Part shown: positions 49,153 through 60,380 of the stretch, piece after piece | Layout of the letters: each line of letters begins with the position of its first letter | Position numbering within the stretch: position 1 is the first letter of the stretch | Assembly (NCBI RefSeq): GCF_001194135.2 | Contig: NC_068984.1 | Coordinates: 31,774,776 to 31,838,775 of the forward strand | Direction of reading: 5' to 3' | From: Octopus bimaculoides | Lineage: Eukaryota | DNA length: 64,000 nt | Program-made: the position numbers and the translations under genes | The notes under the pieces: model-generated | Seen by the model: the letters and a program-made list of their open reading frames with translations, nothing else | What the model was told of the DNA's origin: nothing | The model's database searches: none

Positions 49153-51062
49153 TTCAGAAGAGAACTTCAAGTAACATATCAGAGACAGTATAAACTTGTT
49201 CATCATATATTCAAATGTCATAGCTGGAGATTCTTCTGAATCTCTGAAACATACCATAAGGTGAGGTTACCATGTACATTGGCACCAATATTTGTTACAC
49301 ATCAAAGATGATATCCAGAAAAAATTGAAACTCAGTTCCAGCCATTTTATTCAGTATTCTATCACCTCTCAGTTACTATGAACGTCCAGGAAACCAAAAT
49401 GTTGGCACAGTAAGGATGGCTATTCAAGATTTCACCAGCATCAACTCAAACATTCTTCTAGAATAAGCAGATCATTTTTGCTATCTCGGAAATTTTCTCT
49501 TTCTATGACGCAATGCTGAGTAGGATAAAGAAAACAGAACTCTTGCTGAACAGGTTAATTTTGGAAACCTATCTCACTGTTTCATCAGAAACAACTAACA
49601 AAACTTATGATGTGTTATAGTTAACTGTTGTTTAGACCTTCCTTTATAGGTGCTAAACCTAGATGCTGTACTAATGAGACAAAACACCTAAGCACTTTCA
49701 ATGACTAATGGTTCAAACACTCATGAATTTAAAAAGGGAGGGCTACTTAGCGAATATTTCAGTCCTTGAAAAGCCCAAAGCCAGCATGCGTAAATGCTTG
49801 AAGATATCATCAAATGACAACTCATAGGGACAGATCAGATATACCACATTATTGGCATCAGTGTCTTTCTGTTTGTTGTGCCAGATCTTTTAGGATGAAT
49901 GCAGCACCAGTGAAAGACAAAGCTTGTGAGGTGTTCTGTATAATGTTATATGATCAACTAAAACAGACTACGAAAGAAACGAATATCACCTGATTTTAGT
50001 TTAGAGAGAAGAAGTAAATTATAAGCTATTTTCATTGCTGCAGAACGTGTTGTAAAGAAGAGTGTTGCAGAAAGGAAAGGAACAAAGAACAAAGACAAAA
50101 ATCATCCAGCTCTAGTTATATCCATTTCCATCTATCAAGTACAACTTCTTTGACCATAATATTTTTTTAATTACAAGAAATACTGACTGAATAAATTTTA
50201 AAGGAAATGAAGAAAATATAAAAAAGTTTAGTGAATGCTAAGTGTGTGTGTGTGTATGTGTGTTTGTGTGTGTGTGTGTGTGTGTTAATATGCATGTGTG
50301 CTAGTGTGTCTGTGCATATCTGTCTGTCTCTGTCTATCTATCTATCTATCTATCTACCTATCTATCTGTCTGTTTATCAATACACACTTGCATACATATA
50401 AATTCTATTGTAATGACATGTGTTTGTGTATATCATGAAATATCCAGCCCCAGTATGTATCCCAGTTTTTAGAATAGGTTGACTATATCTCATCCCAATG
50501 ATGAAAGATATGACTAAAAATATTTCTTGTCACAAAGGTTATCTGATTGTCAAATACTACATTCAAAAGTTCTGCCTAACACATTTACCAATACAATATC
50601 TGAGAACTCTACTATGGCTAATATTCCTATTACCAATGCAAAAAAATATTTCATGTCTATATTAGAACCAGAATTAATTTTTCTAGCTTGTCTAATATTG
50701 CCTAATGAAAAGCAGAAGAACATGATATAAGAGATAGCACATGACTTTCATAGCAAAAAATAGAAAACAGCAGAAAATACGTAAACAAATAGAAAATAAT
50801 AAAAAAGAAATGTCTAATAAATTTCAAATATATCAAATTAAAAATAAATAATGAAGTAACAAAAAATTGTGCTAAGATGAAATAGAGAGATGAGAGATGG
50901 AGCAGGGAGTAGGGTCTAGTGAAGAAATAGAATTACAGAAATGAAAATTATATAAGTGAGGACATTTCAATAGCAAAGAGGACATGTTCCTTCTGTGTTA
51001 ATGGATTTAGTATGAGTCATGGTCTAAAGCAGTCTCGGACTTTCTAAATGATACATCTAAAT

Positions 51063-51435
51063 CTTTTACTTGTTTCAGTCATCATTACAAGGTGGCCTTG
51101 CTGGGGCACCGGATTGAAGAACTGTTAGCACAATGAATCAAACCCAGTACTTATTTTATGAAGTCAGGAACTTATTCTATCACTCTCTTTCACGGGACTG
51201 CTAAGTTACAGGGACATAAATACACCAACACCAGTTGTCAAGCAGTGGTGGAGGATAAACACAGACACAAAGATACACACAGATTTATGATGGGCTTCTT
51301 TCAGTTTCCATCTAGTAAAGCCACTCTCAAGGCTTTGGTTGAACTGAGGTTATAATAGAAGACACTTACCCAAGGTGCCACACAGTGGGACTGATCCTGA
51401 AACCATGTGGATGGGAAGCAAATTTCTTACCACAC
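51063..51435 (-). mobile_element. tRNA-derived SINE (28536 family), minus strand
   Basis: Reverse complement of the family head, body and tail (e.g. GGGCTTCTTTCAGTTTCC; CCCAAGGTGCCACACAGTGGGACTGA). Confidence 0.85.
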
Positions 51436-51677
51436 ATGCACGCTTGCATCTATAAGCCATTCCTGGACTTTTTTTAGTGACATGGCCCACCTTGGATGTC
51501 TCATGTGGTCCACTGCATGAAGTAATACCACATATTGAAATTTTGTTCTTGATTTCTTGTGGTACTGATTTTGGGAATTTATAGACTTTGTTCCAGACAC
51601 TGAAAATCTATTTCTGGGAAGACCATTAAAAAGACATCAACATATAACACATTACATAACATTATGCTAGAACGCAT

Positions 51678-51691
51678 GAGAGAGAAAGAGA

Positions 51692-51744
<53 letters not shown>
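51678..51744. repeat. (GA)n microsatellite
   Basis: Directly visible. Confidence 0.95.
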
Positions 51745-51747
<3 letters not shown>

Positions 51748-52898
51748 CATGAAAGAGCCACTTTGTGGTCACAGGATATGCCAGAAATATCAGCCAAATT
51801 TCCATTAAATACATTCTAACAGCTGCAAAAAATGTGCACATTGGATAATGAATTACTGGGTATACCAAAAAGAAAACAAAAAAAGAAAACCAGATAGTCA
51901 CAGTAGGAATACTTCTGCTTTTGGACTGACCTGGAGTACAACAGCATCAATACTAAAGACTTCATTTGGGAGTGATGCTGCAGTTGAGATTATTGAAGTT
52001 GCATTGAAATTGTCATTTAGATGGGATTGACTTTTAATGCTAGTTATATCGTTATGATGGATAAAAAGGACTAATGAAGTATTTATTATGAAATAAAAAT
52101 TAATATTTAATATATTGAGCATTCAAATAATATATTTATATAACTAGTCTTAATTATGAAATGAGGGGCAAAAGAAAACCTCACTATGTCTGTAAATGAT
52201 GTATGAGAGATAATACTTGATATGTGGTGGCCTTATGGTATCTTCAAACACATGAAAATTTTAAGGAACTAGGTGCTCTTGGTTAACTAAGAAAGGACAT
52301 AATGTTCAGATACACACACATACATGTACACGCACATGCGCAAATTCATGCAAACATGTTAATATACACACATATATACATAGCAGAAATAGCAGTAGAG
52401 GTCTACTAAGTAAATGTTACAGTACAGTACCCTGTTTCAAGTAGCAAAATAGAATTGCATAGAAAACATACGCTGAGAATATCTGAATATTCAAAACTAG
52501 AAATGGCTACTTATGAGAAAACATGACTTTTCTAATTTTTGTAGGTGAGAATGAGATTGAGAAAGATGTTTTCACTCTATCTATCTGTCTGTCTATTTAC
52601 TAACCTACCTATAAGTTTGTCTGTTTGTCTGTCTGTCTTTCTGCCTTCCTTCCTTTCTTTCTTTTTCACTAGCTGGATAGAAAGTTACTGCTTACTTAGC
52701 TAGATGTACAGATAAATGACAGTACTGGTGGATTGTTTGACGGAGAGATCTGGTACAATTCATGTGGAAATCAAAACATTATGATGTAATTGCCAGGAAA
52801 TACAAGAGAAAAAGGATTGTGGTTTTCTTCCAAAATAGTTTTCTGTTATATAAAACTGATTATTCCATCTTTTACTAAGATTGGCACAGCACACACAT

Positions 52899-52947
<49 letters not shown>

Positions 52948-54028
52948 TGCATGCACACATGTATATCAATTTCTTGCTATGTGCTGTGAATGGGTCAATT
53001 ATTTTGTTTGTAGTTTGGTAAATTAATATTGTATATGCACACCAGTGAAGCTAAACATGAATTCTACTTCATGTTATATTAGTGTACAGTTTGTCATTCC
53101 TAGAATTGAAGAAAAATCCCAGCTGTTGCTCAGGAAATCCTATAAACATCATTCCTTCTAATTAACATGGTCATAAATCTAGATGTTAAGCTTGCATTTG
53201 ATACAGAAGCTTCAGCGTTAAACATAACTGTACCTTGGTGTTATGCATCATTGGGAATTTGGTGCATGTTTACATTTCATTTTGATACGATGCATGGCTT
53301 TCAGCTCAAGAGGTGTTATTATTGTTGCACAAAGTACATTATTTTACAGGCACCATTAGAAACTATCATAACATTTATATATATATATTTATATANNNNN
53401 NNNNNNNNNNNNNNNNNNNNNNNNNNNNNNNNNNNNNNNNNNNNNNNNNNNNNNNNNNNNNNNNNNNNNNNNNNNNNNNNNNNNNNNNNNNNNNNNNNNN
53501 NNNNNNNNNNNNNNNNNNNNNNNNNNNNNNNNNNNNNNNNNNNNNNATATATATATATATATATATATACACACTCACACACACACATTCACACAGACAC
53601 AGCGATACACACACACACACACACACACACATATGTACATACAAGCATCCACACACATACACAATATATATAAACTGGCAAAATATTAAGACTGCCCAGA
53701 AATAGTAGCAGCAATTAGTGAGCATCCAACAAATTATAGGATGCTGGTTTAATATGTCTGGTTGTACATTGACACTGGATTTAGCTCCTGATATTTTAGA
53801 GATCAAAAGAACATATAGCAGAAACTTTTTGCTGTAAATGATTCAATATATATCCATTATTAGGTGTAATACTCACTAAAAATTCTAATGGAAGTGACTG
53901 TGGTACTAGCAACAAATATGAATGTTTTAATTTTTTTCACTAATCCAAGGTTTTTTTTTTTGTTTTTGAGGTCTGACAAATATAATGATTAGTTTGATAT
54001 AATTATTTAACGCACACACAAATATGTA

Positions 54029-54267
54029 TGCAGGTCAGCCCCAAAATAGGTGTACAGTCATTCAGTTATCACTTTCGCATTCATATATTAACAGTTTAAA
54101 TCGTAATTATAAAAGAATATGAAACCATTATTCTATGCTAATTTAGTTAATTTTGTCAAGCTCCCTTTTCAGTTTGTAAGATAGAAATTTAAATGTTATA
54201 AAATGTTTTAAAAGAAATTTAAAGTGCCTACATGATAACTGTAAAGCTATTTTTGGGCCACCCTCTA
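54029..54267. mobile_element. Possible Tc1-type MITE
   Basis: Diverged ~35-bp inverted ends TGCAGGTCAGCCCCAAAATAGGTGTACAGT / TAGAGGGTGGCCCAAAAATAGCTTTACAGT (reverse complement). Confidence 0.45.
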
Positions 54268-55217
54268 TATTATCTGTAACTGATATAAACAAAATGTGCT
54301 TTTAATNNNNNNNNNNNNNNNNNNNNNNNNNNNNNNNNNNNNNNNNNNNNNNNNNNNNNNNNNNNNNNNNNNNNNNNNNNNNNNNNNNNNNNNNNNNNNN
54401 NNNNNNNNNNNNNNNNNNNNNNNNNNNNNNNNNNNNNNNNNNNNNNNNNNNNNNNNNNNNATATATATATATATATATATATATACATGTTTGTGAGTGT
54501 GTGTGCTTTTATGCATTATGCATCCATATGAGAAGTCCACTTTATGCAAACACCACAATATTCGGTGTTCTAACAAAATATCCTTATCAAGTCAGATGTA
54601 AAGATTGCCTTTGGTGTTAATATGGACTCCGTTGTTAATAATTATGTTTTGATAAACCTGCTGGCTCTTTGTAACATTGGTGCTTGAAAAACTACTGTAA
54701 TTCTTTATATTTTTAGCTGTGAGATTTGCTGGTATGTGGTGAGCGGACAGCTCTCACCAAAGAGACACAATATGTCAAAATCACATGATCTGACAGTTCC
54801 AGAGCCCATAGCAGATAATCCTTGCTTGCAAATGATACAAATACGAGTTTTTTTATGCAAAATGTATCCATAAGTAGGGTTGTCTCAAAGTAAATAGCAA
54901 AGTATTGATGTTTTAACAAAATATCCATGTTAAGTTGGACGTAATAATTGCCTTTTGGTACTAATACTGATTCTGTCATTATTGTGTGCATGTGTGTGTA
55001 ATCCACTACCATTAGTGCATCAAAATATATATTGTTTAGCTTATGGCTCATTGGGAGCTGAATTGTGGATTAAATACTTTTTTTATTTACTGTTAGACTT
55101 ATCTTTGAGTATTCTTATTCTAAGTAGCCAGACATGGCATCATTATGAACTTGCCAGCCACTGGAATAACACACACACACGCACGCATGCACATGCACAC
55201 ACACACACACAAACACA

Positions 55218-55446
55218 TGGTGAGCTGGCAGAGACATTAGCACGCTGGGCGAAATGCTTAGTGGTATTTTGTCTGCCGCTATATTCTGAGTTCAAATTCC
55301 ACCGAATTTGACTTTGCCTTTCATCCTTTCGGGGTTGATTAAATAAGTACCAGATATGCACTGGGGTCGATATAAGTGACTTAATCCGTTTGTCTGTCCT
55401 TGTTTGTCCCCTCTGTGTGTGGCCCCTTGTGGGCAGTAAAGAAATA
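55218..55446 (+). mobile_element. tRNA-derived SINE
   Basis: GGTGAGCTGGCAGAG...B-box-like GAGTTCAAATTCC...GACTTTGCCTTTCATCCTTTCGGGG...AGTAAAGAAATA. Confidence 0.88.
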
Positions 55447-55582
55447 ACACACAAACACACACATACTACAGTCATTGGTGCTAAGAGCTTTCATTTTATT
55501 CCCTCTATCGAACACACTATTTTGCTGTAATGAGGCTGCAGATGCAAGTTACCACAATTTATTTGTAAAGCTTATTATGTGA

Positions 55583-55809
55583 TTAACCCTTCCATTACTG
55601 TATTTATTTTGAGATGCTCTGTGTTTCTTTCAATTACTTCAAATATAAAAAAGAATTTAATAAAATAACTTAGCTATCATTCAGCCAGTGTTAGGAACAT
55701 AAATTGTGACTAAGGTTTGATGGAAGATTTTAATTCAAAACTTATGAAAACAAGACTTTTGTACCCAGAGCCGAGCCGGTTTCAGCCATGTTGGTAATGA
55801 AAGGGTTAA
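55583..55809. mobile_element. piggyBac-type MITE with TTAA target duplication
   Basis: TTAA|CCCTTCCATTAC ... GTAATGAAAGGG|TTAA; TIRs match at 11 of 12; 219 bp between TSDs. Confidence 0.85.
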
Positions 55810-56229
55810 TATTTTAAAATACTGTTAACCTGAGTTCATACCAATGCTTTCAGTTGCTTACCTTTTAAAAAGTTTAATAAAATTTGTTGATGTAGTCACA
55901 ATAAGAAGCAAACATATATTGTATAAAAGATCGTGGGTAAGGCAAAAACAATGTGAAGTAAATTAGAAGAAAACAAATCTGTGTGTCTGAGCTCACACAT
56001 ACATACATCGGCAACATTCGTCAATTTCTTGAAAATGGGGTCATAACCCTGAAATATTGAATACAAGGTAAGTCTACATTAATTCACATTTTTATTTTCT
56101 TATGATTTACCTTGCATTTACTTTGCATTGTTTTGACCTTACCCTCGATCTTTTGTACAATATATTCTACACAATGCTTCATAGTAATTATTTCATTATA
56201 ATATATATATATGTATATATGTATGTATG

Positions 56230-56681
56230 TATGTATACGGGCTGAGGTGGTGAGGCAAGACCTTCGAACATTGGGCCTCACCGAGGCGATGACTACTGAC
56301 CGAGACCTTTAGAAATGTGCTGTGCGTGAGAAGACCTGGCAAGCCAAGTGAGATCGTTGCCAGGGCCCCTGGACTGGCTCTTGTGCGGGTGGCACATAAG
56401 ATGTACCATCCTGAGTGTGACCGTTGCCAGTGCCCCTGGACTGGCTTGTGCGGGTGGCACATAAAAGACACCATTTCGAGNNNNNNNNNNGTGCGGGTGT
56501 CACGTAAAAGCACCCACTACACTCTCTGAGTGGTTGGCATTAGGAAGAGCATCCAGCTGTAGAAACTCTGCCAAATTAGATTGGAGCCTGGTGATGCCAT
56601 CCGGTTTCACCAGTCCTCAGTCAAATCGTCCAACCCATGCTAGCATGGAAAGCAGACGTTAAACGATGATGATGATGATGA

Positions 56682-56686
<5 letters not shown>
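56230..56686 (+). mobile_element. RTE LINE 3' fragment, (GAT)n tail
   Basis: GAGGTGGTGAGGCAAGACCTTCGAACATTGGGCCTCACC matches the 27.6-kb copy; 3' UTR repeats and GACGTTAAACGATGATGAT tail. Confidence 0.92.
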
Positions 56687-56722
<36 letters not shown>

Positions 56723-57802
56723 GGGAGATAGAAAGAAAGAAAGAGATCACACCAAATGGTTTATACTGATATTTTCTTAAAAGTGATGTATAAAAATAAA
56801 TGATAGAATAATAAAAAAAGACAAATAACTAACTTACATAAACATAAGTAAGTATATACTACTTAAAACCTTTATGCAGTGTTTCTTAGAATTCATTCTA
56901 TTTGGTTACATATTTGTGATAGACACAATAGAGACTGTACCTTGGCCTAAGGATATATATCACTGTATGTTCATGTGTGTGTTTTTGGTATATTGCTGAA
57001 AATAATGATTCCAGCATTTTAGATGAACACAAACATCAAAACTGAATAAAGAATAATTAAAAGAATTCTCTCAGCGTATTGTGATAATGTAATTCTGAGA
57101 AATAAAATCGTCAAAGAAATTAATAATTATAAACATTTTTGTACAAAAGCACGAGATAACCTCTTCTTGGGGAGAAGCTTAAGACATTTTCATGAAGTTG
57201 ATATCTTGACCAGTGCTTCCTATTCGAGTTCAGAATGATATAGGCAAAGTGCATCATGTCTGGAATTGAAATTTAAGCATTTAAAACTTCATAACTAAAT
57301 AATGTGATCATCTTGTCCAACATCTGCTCCTGGAAAATGTTCTCTTGTTATTGTTATCTCTGTGTATTCCCATTAAATGGGCCTTAGTGTACCCCAGCCA
57401 GTAACCACTTAACTCTACATAAAATTCCCTTGCATCATATAATTTATATGTATCCCTGGGTATCAAAATATAGGGTGAAAGTTTAGAATGTTTAATTTAC
57501 CTTGATCTCTATGCCTCCACTGGTATTTGCTTCATAAATCAAACAAACACCAAAACCTACATCAGATATACGGCCAACATCTTCGATGAATATTTTAGTA
57601 ATATTTTAATAATTTAGTTACGTATACCCACAAATCTATCTGGTTTGTCAAAATTATAAGTTTGATAAAGAAGTAGTTTGAAATTTTGTCACTCACCAGA
57701 CAATAACAATTCCCATAAGTTATTATGGAGTAATCACACAAGTGTTTGCCAACATACATTCTATGATGATGCAAGCTTCAATGTTCACTGATTAGTTATC
57801 AT

Positions 57803-58146
57803 TAGGGTAAAGGGTAAAGTGTAGACACCCTTTAGTCATGAATAACCATGGGATTGCACCTAGAAAGTTGCCCTCCAAGGCACAAGTCTGGACAAGATTG
57901 TTTATGGAAGACCAGCAGTCACCCATGCATACTACCCTCTCCTCTCCATGCCACCGATGTTATGCAAGGGAAAAGAAAAGGCTGATACGGCTTGACACCA
58001 GTGAAGTTAAAATTCATTTCTACAGCTGAGTGATCTGGGGCAACATGAAATAAAGTGTCTTGCTCAAGAATACAACACACAGCCTGGTCTGGGAATCAAA
58101 CTTACCAGTTCATGATTGTGAGCCTGACATTATAACCACTAAGCCA
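57803..58146 (-). mobile_element. tRNA-derived SINE with (TTTACCC)n tail
   Basis: Minus-strand head CATGGCTTAGTGGTT...GTTTGATTCCC, central TTCTTGAGCAAGACACTT, tail ACACTTTACCCTTTACCC. Confidence 0.82.
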
Positions 58147-58256
58147 TGACTAGTTATCATTAGTCAAGTTCAATCTCTTGCAAGAAGCAAATCAGTCGTA
58201 TAAATGTTACCCCAATGCAGTATAGCAAGTAAACTTGCTTGTAGTAATCTAATATT

Positions 58257-58467
58257 TTCTACTCTAGGCACAATACCTGAAATTTTGGGGGAGGGGCCAG
58301 TCGATTAGATCAACTTCAGTATGCAACTGGTACTTAATTCATCAAACCCCGAAAGGATGAAAGGCAAAGTCAACCTCGGCGGAATTTGAACTCAGAACAT
58401 AAAGACGGACGAAATACGGCTAAGCATTTCACCCGGTATGCTAACGTTTCTGCCACCTCGCCACCTT
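58257..58467 (-). mobile_element. SINE (55218 family), minus strand
   Basis: GAAAGGATGAAAGGCAAAGTCAACCTCGGCGGAATTTGAACTCAGAAC...TAAGCATTTC...CTGCCACCTCGCCACCTT. Confidence 0.88.
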
Positions 58468-58814
58468 AGTTTAATATTAGCATAGTTTAGTTTTAAAAAT
58501 ATCTTCATTTTTAATAAATATCAAAGGTATATTGCAAGTTTCCACTACACAGGCTAGCTGTTTGCATTTTTGTCATCTGTATATGAATATAAAGATTTTC
58601 CCAATGCTTTTTTTTATTCTCCTTTGCTCTTAGTGTGACTTTATGACTTAGGACTTACATCTAAAATTTTGAAGATTTTTCTTTCTCTGTGAGTCTACTA
58701 ATCCAATAATAATACAGTAAGGTGTATGATTTTTCATTGTTATTTTAATTTTATCAACTTCACATTTTGTACGTATGTGCGTGTGTAAGTGCACGTGTGT
58801 GTGTGTGTGTGTAT

Positions 58815-59100
58815 GAAGGTGCATGGCTTAGCGGTTAGGGTGTTGCACTCACAAGTGTGAGATTGTGTTTCTGATTACTAGACCAAGCTTTACATTGTGT
58901 TCTTGAGCAAAACACTTCATTTAACATTGCTCTGTAATCATTTAGTCATCTGACATGGGGCACGTGATGCACATGTACAAGTAATATCAATTTGATGGGG
59001 GAAGTAAGCTTATGTGTACACAAACATTTGATCAGCTGTGCAGTTGCTCAAAAAGAAATTGCAGAATGCCCATATGCTGTCTAACAATAGGAGAGTCCAT
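58815..59100 (+). mobile_element. tRNA-derived SINE (20718 family)
   Basis: A-box-like TGGCTTAGCGG; GTGTTCTTGAGCAAAACACTTCATTT. Confidence 0.75.
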
Positions 59101-59564
59101 GACATATGTCTGTATACACATCTTTCCTCCTTCTATGTGACCGGTGTCCAGCCAGCCATGATCTTTCTTTCTTAGCCTGACTGCCAACCGTCAACACCTC
59201 TTATGTCCATCTCCTATGTTCCTGCCTTTAGGCTTTCACTTTATACACGCCAGCTCAAGTTGATTCATTCTCAGTTGAAAGACACCTGTTGTTATTTTCT
59301 TGTTGTTTGTATTCGTAATTGTGTACCATGTTCTCTTTTTTTCCTCTTTTTTTGTACCATGTTCTCTGTTTTTTGTCTTTGTTGCCGTACACATTCGCTA
59401 GCTTTCTTACAAAGGGGTCTAATGCTTCTACTACTAATAATAACAATGAATACAAAACTTATAATTTATATTCCTTAAATTTTCATTTCTTTCCTAAACT
59501 ATTTATAAAAAACATTTAAAAGAATCATACTTTGGTCTAATGATATAGTTTTTGTTTGTTGAAA

Positions 59565-60380
59565 TGCATTGCAGGAGGAATACATAGCCAAAAATAAACT
59601 TTTGTACTTAGTACTTGTTGATTTGAAGAAAGCTTTTGACCGGGTCCTCTCCGATCCCTAATCTGGTGGTCAATGCAGAGACTAAAGATAGACGAGTGGC
59701 ATAAGAGGCATCAAATGTGGTGTGCAAAAGAGATGACTGCACTAGTATGGTCATGTGATGCATATGGATGCGGACAACTTTTTAAAGAAGTGCTGATCCC
59801 TAACTGGGGAAGGAACCTGTGGTAGAGGTAGACCCAGAAAGACATGGGATGAGGTGGTGAAGTATGATCTTCGAATTTTGGGCTTCACAGAGGCAATGAG
59901 TAGTGACCAAGACCTTTGGCCATATGCCGTGCTTGAAAAGACTTGTCAAGCCAAGTGAAATCACAGTTGTGGCTGATGCTGGTGTTACGTAACTGGCACC
60001 CATGCAGGTGGAACGTAAAAAGCACCTTTTGATTTTTGAACCTCACGGAGACAAAGTAGTAGTGCTCCTGTTGAATGTTGGGCCTCATGGAGGCAATAAC
60101 CAAGACCTTTGGCATTATGTTGTGATTGTGAAGAAGACCCATCAAGCCAAGTAAAATTACAGTTGTGGCAGACACCATCGTCATGAAAATGGCACCAATG
60201 CTGATGGCATGTAAAAGAACCCATTACACTCTCAGAATGGTTGGTGATAGGAGGGGCATCCAGCAGTAGAAACCATGCCAAACAGACAGGAGTCTGGCAC
60301 AGTCTTCCAGCTTGTCAGCCTTGGTCAAACTGTTCAACCCCTGCCAGCACTGACAACAGTCGTTAAATGATGATGATGAT
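59565..60380 (+). mobile_element. Internally deleted RTE LINE copy, (GAT)n tail
   Basis: QEEYIAKNKLLYLVLVDLKKAFDRV..LIWWSMQRLKIDEW joined directly to IRGIKCGVQKR..YGHVMHM, then 3' UTR and tail. Confidence 0.88.

Noticed and set aside
57803-57820. TTAGGGTAAAGGGTAAAG as an interstitial telomere repeat
   Set aside because: Only one TTAGGG; it is the (TTTACCC)n tail of the minus-strand SINE.
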